A stretch of DNA of 64,000 nt from Chiloscyllium plagiosum (GCF_004010195.1 NC_057723.1:22479933-22543932); one strand, 5' to 3'; counted from the first letter of the stretch, positions 15,135 through 28,478 are shown. The notes: generated by a model from the sequence alone, not told the origin. Translations and numbers: made by a program.

Positions 15135-15410
15135 ATGGTCGAGTGGTATTACTGCTAATCTATTAATCCAGAGACCCAGGCTAATGTTTTGGGGATCCAC
15201 GTTCAAATTCTACCGTGGCAAATGATGAAATTTGAATTCAGTAAAAATTTAGAATTAAGAGTCCAATGATGACCACAAAACCAATGTTTGAAAAACCCTT
15301 CTGGTTCACTAATATCCATTAGGGAAGAAAATTGCAATCCTTACCTAGTCTGGCCTATAAATAACTCCACTCTCATGACAATGTGGTTGACTCTTAGCTG
15401 CCTTGTGGGT
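15135..15410 (+). mobile_element. Second SINE family (SacSINE1/DeuSINE-like). Related copies at ~2858-2930 (-), 4660-4820 (-), 5258-5550 (-), 29250-29500 (+) and 58152-58480 (-)
   Basis: Copies share the blocks ttaatccagagacccag, tctggttcactaat...ttagggaag and caatgtggttgactctta. The family name is from memory and unverified. Confidence 0.6.
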
Positions 15411-15581
15411 AACAACACCTACTGCATGAATGGGGTTATTTTTTTAAAAAAAACAAAGCATATCATAGTGAGATAGATGATGTATCACATCTGCAACATT
15501 TGGAAGTTCTTGGATACTAGTTTGGTCCAGAGCAAAACTGTCTCTGGCAGATGTTTGAATTCCAAGCAAGTTTGGCTCAGT

Positions 15582-18500
15582 TATAGAGTCATTGAGTCAT
15601 ACGAGGAGAAAGTGAGGACTGCAGATGCTGGAGATCAGAGCTGAAAATGTGTTGCTGGAAAAGCGCAGCAGGTCAGGCAGCATCCAAGGAACAGGAGAAT
15701 CGACGTTTCGGGCATAAGCCCTTCTTCAGGAATGAGAAAGTGTGTCCAGCAGGCTAAGATAAAAGGTAAGGAGGAGGGAAGCAGACCCTTCAGTCCAATT
15801 CAGATGCTGACCAAGTTTCCCAAACTAAACTAGTCCTATTTGTCTCCATTTAGCCCATATCCTTCTAAACCATTCCTGTTCATGTAGTTGTCAAAATATC
15901 TTATAAATGTTGTATATCTACCAGCATCTACCACTTCCTTAGGTAGCTCATTCTACACACGAACCACCCTCTGTGAAAACATTGCCCATCAGATACCTTT
16001 TTAAACTTTCTCCTCTCACCTTAAAAATATGCCGCTTAGTTTTGAACTCACCGACCCTCAGAAAAAGACATTTGCTATTCACCTTGTCTATGCCCCTCAT
16101 GATTTTATAAACCTCTATAAGGTCACCTCAACCTCCTACGCTCAAGTGAAAAAAATCCCAACCTATCCAGTCTTGCCTTCTAGCTCAAATCCTTCAGTAC
16201 CAGCAACATCCTCTGGTAAATCTTGTCTGAACCCTCTCCAATTTAATAATATCCTTCCTAAAACAGGGTGACTAGAACTGTGCACAGTACTGCAGAAGAG
16301 GCATCCCCAATATCATGTACAACCTCAACATGATGTCTCAACTCTAAACTCTGAGCAACAAAGGGAAGTTTGCTAAATGTCATCTTAACCACCCTATCTA
16401 CCTGTGATGCAACTTTCAAAGAGCTATGTACCTGAACCCCAAGGTGTTTCCATTTAACAACACGACTTTGGGCTGTACAATTATCTCATTAAGTCCTGTC
16501 CTTGTTTGTTTTAACAAAATACGATACCTTGTACTTATCCAAATTAAACTCCCATCTGCCACTTCTCAGCCCATTGACCTTTTTGGTCAAGATTTCTGTG
16601 TAATCGTGGATGACATTGTTTACTTTCCACTATGCTACCAATTTTAGTGTCATCTGCAAACTTACTGGCCATGCCTCCTAAATTCTCATCCAAATCATTT
16701 ATATAAACGGCAAACAAAACAAAACCAAGTACAAATCCCTGTGGAACACCACTGATCACAGGCCTCTGGTCCGAAAAACAACCCTCTACCACCACCCTCT
16801 GTCTCCTACTGTCAAGCCAATTTTGTATCCAATTGGTAAGCTGTCCCTGAATCCATTGTGATCTAAGTTGACTGATTTGTCGACATGTGGAACCATGTCA
16901 AAAGCTTTGCTAAAGTTCTTGTAGGCAACACCTACTGCTGTACCCTCATCAATCTATTTGGTTACGTCCTCAAAAAATCTGAATCAAGTTTGTGAGATAT
17001 GATTTCCCAGCACACAGCCATGCTGACTATCCCTAATCATTCCTTGCCTCTCCTAATCCATATAAATCCTATCTCTCGGAAGCCCCTCCAACAACCTACC
17101 CACCACAGATCTTTGGTTCCCAGGCTTCTCCTTACAGCCTTTCTTATATGAAGGCAGAATATTAGCCATCCTCCAGTACACCTATGGCTGTAGATGATAT
17201 AAATATCTCTGTTCGGGGCCCTGACATTTCTTCTCCAAATTCCTAAATATCCTGGGATACACTTGATCAGGTCCTGGAGATATATCCATCTTTTTTTTTA
17301 AGACCTCCAGCTCTTCCTCTTCTGTGATGTGGACTGTTTTCAAGCCATCAGTATTTATTTCCCCAAGTTCCCTAGCCTCCATTTCTTTTTCCACAGTAAA
17401 AAAGATGCAAAATAGTCGTTTAGTATCTCTCCTATCTTCTGTGGTTCCATACATGGATATCCTCGTTGATCTTTAAAGGCCCCTATTCTTTCCATAGTTC
17501 TTAATATACTTATAGAGTCTCTTTGGATTATCCTTAATCTGCCAAGGCTATCTCATTTCCCTTTTTTAACCTTCTGATTTCCCTCTTAAGAATGCCTCTA
17601 AACCCCTTATACTCTTGGCCACAGCCTAAATACCTTTATTCATCCACATTTTCCTACTCTTACCAGCCTTCTTCTTCACTCTTAACAAGAGCATAATGCC
17701 TCTGAACTCTTGTTATCTCACTTTTGAAAGTCTCCCACTTGTCAGTCATCCCTTTACCTGCAAACAGTCTACTCCAATCAACTCTTGAAAGTTTCTGCTG
17801 GAAAAACACAGCAGGAAAGGCACCATCTGAGGAGCAGGAGAATTGACATCTCGGGCTGATTCTCCTGTTCCTTAGATGCTGTCTGACCTGCTGAGTTTTT
17901 CTAGTACCACACTTTCGACACTGATCTCTAGCACCTGGAGTCCTCACTGTCTCCTCTTGAAAGTTCCTGTCTCATATTATCAAAATTTGCTTTACTCCAG
18001 TTACGAACTTTAACTTTTATGGAAGGTCTATCCTTTTCCATAATGATTTTAAAATTAGTAGAATTGTGATCACTGGTCCCAAAGTGCTCACCTGCTCACA
18101 TATAAGACACTTGCCCTGTCATATTTCCTAACAGAAGGTCAAATTTTGCTGCTCCTCTGGTAGCTACATCTACGTATTGATAAAGAAATTTTTTTTGAAC
18201 ACGGTTAACATTCCTCACCAACCAAGCCCTTAACACTGCAGCTCCAGTCTGTTTGGAAAGTTAAAATCCCCTACTATTACAAACCTATTATTCTTACATA
18301 TATCTGAGATCTATTTACATATTTGTTCCTCAATTTTCTCTGAATATTGTGGGGTGCCTATAGTACAATCTTGTCAAGGTGATCATCCCCTTCATTCTGA
18401 TTTGCACTCATATAGCTTAACTGGACAATCCCTCAGAAAAATCCATTCTCAGTACAGAAGTAATGGTTTTCCTTAGTCAAAAACGTCACTCCTCCTCCTC

Positions 18501-19190
18501 TTCCCCTTTCTATCCTTCCCATAGCATCTAAATCCTGGGACACTGGGCTGCCAGTTCTGTCCCTCTTTTTCAGCCATGTTTCTGTAATAGCTATGATGTC
18601 CCAATCCCATGTTGCCACACATATCCTGAGTTCATCTGCCTTGCTATTTTCTAATTAACTTGCTCTTTTTTTAATTCAGAGCCATCCTTGTCTGTTTTTC
18701 TACCCTCACTACTGCATAGGATCTCTCCCCTTCCCCAAACTAGTTTAAATGCTCCGGAACATCACTACCAAATCTTATCCCCAGGATATTTGTCCCCTTC
18801 CAGTTCAGGTGAAACCCATCCCTTTTGAACAGGTCTTTTATGTCCAAGAAGAGATCCCAATGATCCAAAAATCTAAATCCTTGCCCACTGTCCCGTCTCT
18901 TCAGCCATTGATTTATTTGTCCTATCTTCTTAATCCTACTCTTAATAGTACGTGGCACCTGGAATAATCCAGAGATAACACTGTTGATGTTCTGTTTTTC
19001 AACTTTCTATCTAACTTCCTATATTCACTCTGCGAAGCCTCAACCTTTTCCCTAATTACCAATGGTGCACAACAACTTGTGGCTTTTCATGCTGCAACCG
19101 TTTTGAAACGTCGTTGATCCTGGCATCTGGTAGGCATCGTACCATCCTAAATTCATGCTCACACAGCTGCAGAATCTCCTGTCTGTGCTC
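15582..19190 (-). mobile_element. Long degraded CR1 (HER1-type) LINE: ORF1 esterase end, APE, RT and 3' tail
   Basis: ORF fragments GFRFLDHWDLF...DGFHLNWKGTNIL (SGNH-like), WDWDIIAITETWL (APE), SPGPDQVYPR and GVPQGFVLG...YINDL...KFADDTK (RT) appear in the correct order. Interrupted by Penelope-type inserts at ~15603-15780 and ~17794-17953. Confidence 0.9.
15697..15733 (-). ncRNA. Minimal hammerhead ribozyme motif in a Penelope terminal repeat
   Basis: attc-CTGAAGA-a-GGGC-ttat-GCCC-GAAAC-GTC-gattc has both conserved core boxes, a 4-bp stem II, a palindromic ACGT stem III and a GUC cleavage triplet. Confidence 0.7.
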
Positions 19191-20106
19191 CTATAAGAAT
19201 TACTGTTTTGAATTTTGACAAACTCCACTTAATATAACTGTAGGCTGAATCACCGTCACTGCAACATATCATGGAGGCAGGAAGTTACCTGGATTCTTTG
19301 TACCATGATACAGTCACACCTCTTGGGATTGGATTGTTTGCTTTGGTCAATGTTCAGGAACTAAAGCATGTGACTACAACTAAGCAGATCAGAGGAGCCT
19401 AGCCTTCACAATTGGCCAGTGAATTTGATGTTCTTTCACCTTGTTTGGATGAGTCTGAGGACTGCAGGATGGATGAGCTAACTAACCGTGGCCCAGTGGT
19501 ACAGGAGGCCAATGAAGAGGGGCAGTAAGAAAGACTGTAGTGGTAATTGGTCCATTGTAGTGAAGGGGATTGACACCATTCCCTGCAAAGAGCATGAGCC
19601 CAAATGGCTGTGCTGCCTTCCAGGTGCCAGGATTTGGGGCATTTCCTCAGGGATCGAGAAGAACTTGCAATGGCAGGGGAAAGATCAAGTCATTGTGATC
19701 CATCTAGTTACCAGTGATGCAGGTGAGATACAGGTGGCTATGCATCATCAGTATGAACAGTTAAACATTATATTTAACAAGAAAAAATCAAGATTAATGT
19801 GGTCCTGGAAAAGCACAGCAGGTCAGGCAGCATCCTAGGAGCAGGAAGATCGACTTTTCGGGCAAAAGCCCTTAAGCAGGGCTTCAAAGATCATAATCTC
19901 TGGATTATTACATGAACCATGTGCAAATTGGATCTGGGATAAGAGATTAAAAAAATTTAATGAGTGGTTTAAGAATTGTCATGTAAGAAATAGATTCTGG
20001 TTTGTGGTGCACTGGCACTAGGCCTGGGGAAAGTGGGATCTATGTAAATGGGTCTGCACCTGAACATGCAAGGGCCAATGTTCTTGCTAATTGCACAACT
20101 AGGATT

Positions 20107-20417
20107 ATCTTAGATAATTTACAGTGTGGAAACAAGCCCTGCAGCCCGACAAGTCCACACCGACCCTCCGAAGAGCAACCCACACAGAGCCATTCCCCTA
20201 CATTTACCCCTTCATCTAATACTACGGGCCAATTTAGCATGGCCAATTCACCTAACATGCACATCTTTGGACTGTGGGAGGAAACCGGAGCACCCGGAGG
20301 AAACCCAGGCAGACACTGGGAGAATGTGCAAACTCCACATAGACAGTTGCCCAAGGCGGGAATTGAACCCAGGTCTCTGGCACTGTGAGGCAGCAATGCT
20401 AACCACTGTGCCGCCCA
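20107..20417 (-). mobile_element. HE1-type SINE immediately downstream of the tRNA-Ile copy
   Basis: Reverse complement of the HE1 sequence at 8473-8790. Confidence 0.87.
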
Positions 20418-20425
20418 CAACGGAA

Positions 20426-20511
20426 TGGCCCGTATGGGGACCGAACCCGGGACCGAACCCGCGACCTTTGCGTTATTGGCACCATGCTCTAACCAACTGA
20501 GCTAACCGGCC
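20426..20511 (-). pseudogene. tRNA-Ile(AAT) pseudogene with a 12-nt duplication in the T arm
   Basis: Minus strand reads GGCCGGTTAGCTCAGTTGGTTAGAGCATGGTGCCAATAACGCAAAGGTCGCGGGTTCGGTCCC-GGGTTCGGTCCC-CATACGGGCCA. It is close to vertebrate tRNA-Ile(AAT) but has a U33C change, stem mismatches and a duplicated GGGTTCGGTCCC. Confidence 0.88.
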
Positions 20512-21328
20512 AGGATACATATAGGAGAGAAGATTTTAAACTGACTTGTGGAGACAAAGAGCTCAAAGTTTGGGAGATATCGTGGACCAAAGAGCAGAGT
20601 CCAGGCCACAGCGATTAATGTGGGATATGATAAACTGACTGTGAAAGGGAGGATTATGAATGTCAATGTAAATCAGCCAACAGATATATTCCTCCTTGCT
20701 GCCCCCTCTTGAATGGTATCCTGTACCATATTAGAACATGTTAGGATAAGGATGTTAGGATACTTTAAAGCTGAGATGAAGAAAATTTTCTCCTTGCTTA
20801 GAAAGCTGTGGAACTATTCAAAATAGAAGTGCATAGATTTTTGGCTGCTAAGGGGGTAAGGAAATATGAATAGTTTTAGCCAACTCAATTCCAGATTCTA
20901 ATCTTGAAAGTTGGAGCAGCCTCTAAGGACCAATAGTTTGTTCGAACTCCAATTTCTTGTGTTCTTATTGTGGTTTCAAAATCTAATTGTCACTTTCTTT
21001 TTTCTATTTATCTAGAAATGTAAGTTAAGTGTCAAGGACTTTGAATGCTTTTAACTGCCTGGATTGCTGTTTGTGAATGCTTCAGTGATTGCTTGCCTAC
21101 CTGCTTGTAGGCGTTACTTTTACTAAACGCCAAGAAATTTCCTTTTGTCATGGTGCCAGATTTAAATTGCCCCTCAGGAAAGGGAAAGGGAAAAAGAACA
21201 CACCATAGACTTTGTTAGCAGTCCATGTTTGAGGCAAGCAGTGAGTGCCTTCCTTCTCTGCTACCTCAAATTTTGGTCCTTGTTTTCTTTTCCTGTGTTG
21301 CTTAACCTGCTCAATTGTCTCCCAACAG

Positions 21329-21847
21329 CTCTCTGCACTTTGTTCTTGCCTGGATAGAATTTGGAAAGAAAATGACAATTGTGTAGTATTATTTTCATGG
21401 ATGCAGTTCTTAAAAGAAGAGACGCTCTCCTTTTTGCAAATTGAGTCTCCATTAGAAATCAAAAGAAACATTGAAGAGAATTCTGAAAATACTTTTTCTA
21501 ACAATAAGCATAATGAATTTGGATCAGAGGACAAACTGAAGAACTTGCAAGACTTTCCGCTTGACCCGAGAGCTATCCAGGATGTGGAGTCATGTGCTTG
21601 TGTTTTACGTGAAATTTTGGACTTTGATCAGAGTCAGAAACAAAAAGTCTTTAATGGCAAGATTTTCACCTGCAGTGTATGCTTTTGTGAAAAGCTGGGT
21701 ATTGACTGCATGCACTTTAAGGAGTGTAGCCATGTATATTGCAAGGCCTGTTTGAAAGAATACTTTGAGATACAAATCCGTGATGGGAATGTTCAGTGCC
21801 TTAATTGTCCTGAGCCAAAGTGTACTTCCATTGCCACACCTGCTCAA
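21329..21847 (+). CDS. RNF14: RNF14 coding exon 3 (RWD C-terminus and RING1)
   Basis: caacag acceptor. Encodes LSALCSCLDRIWKEN...LFSWMQFLKEETL...CSVCFCEKLGIDCMHFKECSHVYCKACLKEYFEIQIRDGNVQCLNCPEPKCTSIATPAQ. 519 nt, GTAAGC donor. Confidence 0.96.
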
Positions 21848-22845
21848 GTAAGCGTTTTTGAATTTTAAGCTTTATAATTACTTGCTGTTTAGTTTATTTC
21901 TACAGGATAAACACACTATCATACCAGCATGAAACTACTGTTTGTCAGGATGTTAATAAGTTACCCTAAAAATTGGCCAAACCGGACTAATCCACAGCTG
22001 CTCTAAAATTCATTGTGTGTTTATACTTCTTACACACGTTTCTAACTGTTGTATTCCAGCCATTATGCTTTATCTACACCGTCCATTATTGCGCACAAAA
22101 TCTTTTAAACTATGTCTTGAATTTGCACTTGATGGAATAAAAAGTTGGCTACAGATTGTTGGTATGAGAATTTGTGCTATTAAGTAATCCAATACAGAAC
22201 TACAAAGCGATTGTGAAAATAATCCTTAGTTACTAGGTGATAGGACAAATGGTTTCATGCCATACAGGACAAATAGTTTCATGTCATACAGAAAGCATGG
22301 TGGAAAAATATTGAAAATGTACAGTATATGGAGAGTTCTGGAATCTCCAGCATTGAGTGGGTGGCATGGGGAGTTTCCTGAGCATCGCATTTTCCAGAAT
22401 CAAATTGAAGTTCTTTTCTTGGTTTGTGAACAAGATTCTAGTAGCAGTCCTGTGCATTCATAGCTCAGTTCAGACTCAGTTTTTCCTGGTTTGCTTGTTT
22501 AACGTTTTTTGATACCACTTCTCATTAACTACACTTTTTTTTTTTCTCCCTCATTTTCAAGCTTAATTCTTAATTTTTCTGCAATTATTAGTTTAAATTT
22601 ACCCCTTCACTCACCTATTTGCCTTCTCTGTAAGGATAATAGAAAGGTGTCATTTAATTTCAGGTGACAATCATCTTTTCTTGAATGGACATATTGTGTG
22701 TCAAACAATGTCTGTGTGGCAAAGCCATGAGAATATCAATCTTTCCTATGTTTGACCAGCTCTGGAGCCAGTGTTGACTTTTCTAATCTTCTTTTCCTTA
22801 ACTTGCCCATGGTCTAAGGAACAGTCAAGAGATTGTCACCCTTGA

Positions 22846-24895
22846 GTTATAGAATATTTGAGCACAGTACAGTCCCTTCGGCCCTCGATATTACGTCGAC
22901 CTGTGAAACCAATCTGAAGTCTATCTATCCTTCACTACTCCATTTTCATCCATATGTTTATCCAGCCACCATTTAAACGTCCTTAAATTTGGCGATTATA
23001 CTACGATTGCAGCCATGATGTTCCACGCCTCTACTACTCTGAGTAAAGAAACCATCTCTGACATCTTTCACCCCTCAATTAAAAGCTATGTCGCCTTGTG
23101 CTAGCTGTCATTGTCCGAGGAAACAGGCTGTCATCTAACCCTCTGATTATCTTGTGTCTCAATTAAGTCACCTATCCACCTTCTGTCTAATGAAAACAGC
23201 CTCACGTCCTTCAGCTTTTCCTCTTAAGACCTTCCCTCCATACCAGGCAACATCCTAGTAAATACCGCTGAACCCTTTCCAAAGCATCCACATTCTCCCT
23301 ATAATGTGGTGATCAGAACTGTACACAATACTCCCAAGTGTAGCCGTGCCAGAGTTTTGTACAGCTGTGACATGACCTCGTGGCTCTGAAATTTAATCCC
23401 TCTACCAATATGCTAACACACCATATGCCTCTTAACAACCCTGTCAATCTGGGTGATGACTTTCAAGGATCAATGTACATGAACACAGAGATCTCTCTGC
23501 TCATCTACACTACCAAGAATTTTAGAATTAGCCCAATACTCCTTATTCCCATTGCTCCTTCCAAAGTGAATTACCTCTCACTTTTCCACATTAAACTCCA
23601 TTTGCCACCTCTCAGTCCAGCTCTGCAGCTTATCTATGTCCCTCTGAAACCTGCAACATCCTTCATCGCTGTCCACAACTCCATTGACCTTAATGTCATC
23701 AGTACATTTACTAACCCACCCTTCTACACCCTCATCCAGGTCATTTATAAAAATGACAAACAGCAGTGGTCCCAAAGTAGATCATTGCGGAACACCACTA
23801 ATAACTGAACTCCAAGCTGAACATTTCCCATCAACAGCCACCCTCTGTCAGCTAGCCAATTTCTGTTCCAAACTGCTAAATCACTCTCAATCCTATGAGT
23901 CCATATTTTGCGCAAAAGCTTCCCATGGGGAACCATGCCAAATGCCTTACTGAAATCTGTGTTGTACACCACACCAACTGCTTTACTCATCCATCTGATT
24001 GGTCAACTTCTCAAAGAACTCAATAAGGTTTGTGAGGCACGATCTACCCTTCACAAAACTGTATTGACTGTCCCTAATCAACTTATTCCTTTCTGGATAA
24101 CTATAAATCCTATCTCTTTTCTAACCTTTTCCAACACTTCACCCACAACTGAAGTAAGGCTCATTGGTCTATAATTACTAGGGTTGTCTCTGCTCCCTTT
24201 CTTGAACAAGGGGACAACATTTGCTATCCTCCAGTCTTCTGGTACAATTCCTGTAAACAATGATGACATAAAGATCATAGCCAAAGTCTCTGCAGTCTCC
24301 TCTCTGGCTTCCCAGAGAATTCTAGGATAAATCTCATCCAGCCCAGGGGGCTTATCTATTTTCAGTTTCCAGAATTGCTTACACCACCTCCTTGTGAACT
24401 TCAATCTCATCTAGTCTACTTGCCTGTATCTCAATATTCTCCTCAACAACATTACTTTTTTTCCAGTGTGATTACTGATGAAAAATACTCATTCAGTGCT
24501 TCTTGTATCTCCTTGGATTCCACACACAACTTCCCACTACTGTCCTTGATTATCCCTAATCTTACTCACGTCATTCTTTTATTCCTGATATACCTATTGA
24601 AAACTTTAGAGCTTTCCTTGATTCTATCTGCCAACAACTTCTCATGCCCCCTCCTGGCTCTTCTTAGTTTTTTCTTTAGGTCTTTCCTGGCTAGCTTGTA
24701 ACGCTCAAGCGCCCTAACTGAGCCTTCACATCTCATCCTAACATAAGTCGTCATCTTTCTCTTGACAAGAGATTAAACTTCCTTCATAAACCACGGCTCC
24801 CTCACTCGACCACTTCCTCCTTGCCTGACAGGTACATTCTTATCAAGGATGCACAGTAACTGTTCCTTAAATAAGCTTCACATTTCAATTGTGCT
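22846..24895 (-). mobile_element. CR1 ORF2 fragment (RT to 3' end)
   Basis: PEDWRIANVVPLFKKG...NYRPMSLTSVVG, DFSKAF and LFVIFINDL...DDIK. Confidence 0.9.
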
Positions 24896-26142
24896 TGAGT
24901 TCTTTTTATACAAGTCCTGGCTCAAGTTCTTAACCATCTGTGCACTATCATAAATTTACTTCATTAGTTTTGGTTGCTGTAACCCTTTCTAGAGTTTTCA
25001 ACCTGTTCCATAACATGTTGCGCTATTGCACTAAGGAACCAAGCATAAGCTGTGACACTCTGAACATATATATCAAAATTTATCTGACTATTATTGACTG
25101 CTGTTCTCTCAATTACTGTTGCTATCCACCTCATACTTGTCCAGTGCTATGTACTTTCTAAAGTTGGGAGTTCCCTTATTTTTGAGTCCTGTCTCTTTCC
25201 TATTATTTTTTTGGATGTCATTGAGCTATATTCTGAATGTCTAATGCTCAACTTGGCCAACACATTATGGAGAGTATAATCCAGAAACCCCTATTCCTCT
25301 CTGATGTGAACTATGACCAATTGCTGCTCTGGCATGGTGATCTACTCCAGAGCTCACATGAGTGCCTCTCTCTTACCGTGAATAGATTGAACATCCACAA
25401 CCTATCTCTCTTTAATCAGTCAGGTCCAGCACTCCATCACTTTGTTTCTGACTAACTTGGAGAAGGCGAATTGTGTTGACTGTTTTCACTAAAATATAAA
25501 CTGCAATGCATTCAAGATTATGAAGCTTGACAGGGTAGAAGTAGAGATGCTGTTTTGTACTAAAGTCAGGGCATTTAAAAATCTAAAAGCATTTACATAA
25601 GCAGCACTTCTGGTGTTTAAAATGAGTTAATGGGCTTTCCAAAGGTATTATCAGTTAACAAGTGAACAAGTCAGCAAGCTGTAAGTTCCCAATATGTTTT
25701 CTCGAATTAAACCTATCAAAGTAAGAATGGCAGTTTAGAGATTATATATGATACCACATTTATCTCACTTTCCTGCAAGCCCGATATGTTACAGACGCAT
25801 AGACACAACAGAGACAGCATTTTTCAGAGTACTGAAATTGCTTGTAATTTGTTTTTAACTAATATAGAAATATGCAAGCAAAGTGAATTATGAATATGAT
25901 GTTGTTTAGAAAATGGTTTCACTTAGATTCCTATATATTTTCTTTACCTGAATCTTCACTATACTTTCCAAGTTACTTAAGCATATTTTTATTTCCCAAC
26001 ACATCTCTTAACCTTGTTTCCATGTCTTCAGTTCAACTTTCACCTGTTCCTTGCACCAAAATCAACTTTGGCAAAAGTTAGAAATCATTTTATCACATCC
26101 ATTGTACTCTTGCCATGCATTATCAGTATTGTCGTCTTGACC

Positions 26143-27600
26143 TAAGACAATAAGAAGTAGCAATAGGAGTGGTACATTTGGCACCATGAGCCTGTTCCAT
26201 CATTTAATACGATCGTGGCTGATCCAATGCTACTTTGACAACTTTGTGCCCTTCTCCCAGTAACCTTTCCCCTACTGATCAAGAATCCTTCTCAGCCTTC
26301 AATACATAACCCTCTGTGTCAAAAGCTCCGAAGACACACAACCTCTGAGAGAAGAAATTCCACCTTATCTATGTCTTTTATTTGTGCCCCTTTATTCTGT
26401 AACTATGCCCTCTGGTCGTAGGGTCTCCCATTAGGGAATGCATCCTCTTAAGAATCCTGTATATTTCAACAGGATCTCCTCATTCTTCTGAACTCCAGTG
26501 AATCGAATTCAAACCTGTTTAGCTTTTCCTTATTAGACATACCCTCCATACTGGGAATCATCCTCATGAATCTGTTCTGAACTGCCTCCAATGAAACAGT
26601 ATCTTTATTGAATCAGGGGACCAAAACTGTTCACATTACTCCAAATGTGGTCTTACCAGGCCCTTATACAGTTGCAGTAGGACTTTTTTATTTTGATACT
26701 CCAATTGCCTTGAAATAAGGGTCAACATTCCATTATCCTTCCTGATTACCTGATGCACTTATGTGTTAGTTTTCTATTCCAACTTCCTTTATGTTGCAAC
26801 TTTCTGCAGTTTTTCTCCATTTAGATAATAATCTTTTGTTCCCCCTTCCAAAACAAGCAACTTCACACTTTCTCACATTTATATGCCATTTGCCAACTTT
26901 TTGCTCACTTAACCTATTACTATCTGTCTATAAATTATTTCTATCCCCCGACAACTCCCTAGTTTTCTTGTCTACAAATTTGTCTACAGTACATTTGCTT
27001 CCTTTTTCCAAGTCTTACGTATCTATTAAAAACTATTGTGGTCTCAACACTGATCCCTGTGGAACTGTATTGGTTGCAGGTTGCCAACCTGAAAAAGAAC
27101 CTCTCATCACCACCCAGTTGTCCCTTCTATTAGCTAATTTTCTCTCTCCATGCTAGCTTCAACACCATGGGCTGTTTAACCTTTTTTTGAGAGGTACATT
27201 ATCAAACATATTCTGGAAGAGCAAATGCAACACATTCACTGGTTCTCTTCTATCCACTCTGATTGAGACTTCCTTGAAAAACAGTAATAAGTTAGTCAGG
27301 TACAACTTTCCTTTCATGAAGCCATGCCAATTCGATTAGATTATAACTTTCCAAATGTGCTGCTATTTAATGGATTCTAACATTTTTTCAACAAAGATGT
27401 TGGGCAAATTGGCCTGTAGTTCCCACACTTTGCCTCCTCCCTTTTTGAATAGGGGTGTCATATTGGCACTTTCCCTTCACGGTATTTGACACAGTCACCA
27501 CATCCTCTGTGTTATGGGGGATAAACAAGAAGTTTGTGTTGAAACCACAGCCATGATCTCATCGAATGGTGGAGCAGCATGGCCTAATCCTGTGCCGAAG
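26143..27600 (-). mobile_element. Older CR1 fragment with a short inverted segment at the right end
   Basis: Reverse-strand CR1 ORF2 3' nucleotide motifs (ggggaccaaaactg, gatccctgtggaac). A + strand tail lies at ~27505-27600. Confidence 0.7.
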
Positions 27601-28049
27601 TCCAATTTTCCAAGCTGTTTTTCTTTTTGTCCAGCTTTGTGCCACTACTCTTATATGACTTTAAGTTGCAGGTCCTTTATACAATCTTTGGTTCCCTTCT
27701 CTTCAACTCCTTGCTTAATTCTTATGCTGCCCTAAGTATTTTATTCTTTGCTATTGGGTCAACTTCCATATCTGATTCCCAGCTCTACTTCTGAACAGTA
27801 TTTGTGAACATGCAAGCATCGTTGTACTGACTGGCAAATCTTAGGAAATTTCAATTAAACATGATTTTTAACAGAGTTTGATCAACCAGACAGATTATTG
27901 CGTATTCTGGGCAGATAACAAGACTTTTGGACAAGTTAGCAAGCAAATAGGCTGGGCACTACTTAGACTGAGCACACAATCACCTGATCGTTGGCTCTGC
28001 TTATTGACAAAATTTTGACTTCATTATATTAATGTGAATATACTTGTCC

Positions 28050-28478
28050 AGATTAGATTACCTACAGTGTGGAAACAAGCCCTTCGGCCCAACCAGTCCA
28101 CACCGACCCTCCAAAGAGTAATCCACCTCGACCCATTTCCCTCTGACTCATGCACCTAGCAGTATGGGCAATTTAGCATGGCCAATTCACCTGACCGGCA
28201 CATAGAGTCATAGAGATGTGCAGCATGGAAACAGACCCTTCGGTCAAACCCGTCCATGCCGACCACATATCCCAACCCATCTAGTCCCATCTGCCAGCAC
28301 CCAGCCCATATCCCTCCACATCTTTGGACTGTGGGAGGAAACCGGAGCACCTGTACGAAACCCATGCAGACGTGGGGAGAATGTGCAAACTCCACACAGA
28401 CAGTTGCCCAAGTTTGGAATCAAACCTGGGGCCCTGGTGCTGTGAGGCAGCAGTGCTAACCACTGAGCCACCGTGCAG
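28050..28478 (-). mobile_element. HE1-type SINE interrupted by a CR1 3' tail (~28203-28315)
   Basis: HE1 head and tail flank catagagtcatagagatgtgcagcatggaaacagaccc, which is a CR1 3' terminus. Confidence 0.8.

Larger units (their letters stand above)
19300..20600 (+). mobile_element. CR1 ORF1 (SGNH esterase) remnant hosting nested insertions
   Basis: Contains CCLPGARI...VIVIHLVTSD and ggtctgcacctgaac (GLHLN) motifs. Confidence 0.7.

Noticed and set aside
20426-20511. A functional tRNA-Ile gene
   Set aside because: The T arm is duplicated, U33 is changed to C, stems have mismatches, and there is no oligo-T terminator before the SINE.
21245-21328. N-terminal part of the 207-aa ORF resembling a signal peptide
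   Set aside because: This is the intronic pyrimidine-rich tract upstream of the acceptor at 21328. The exon starts at 21329.
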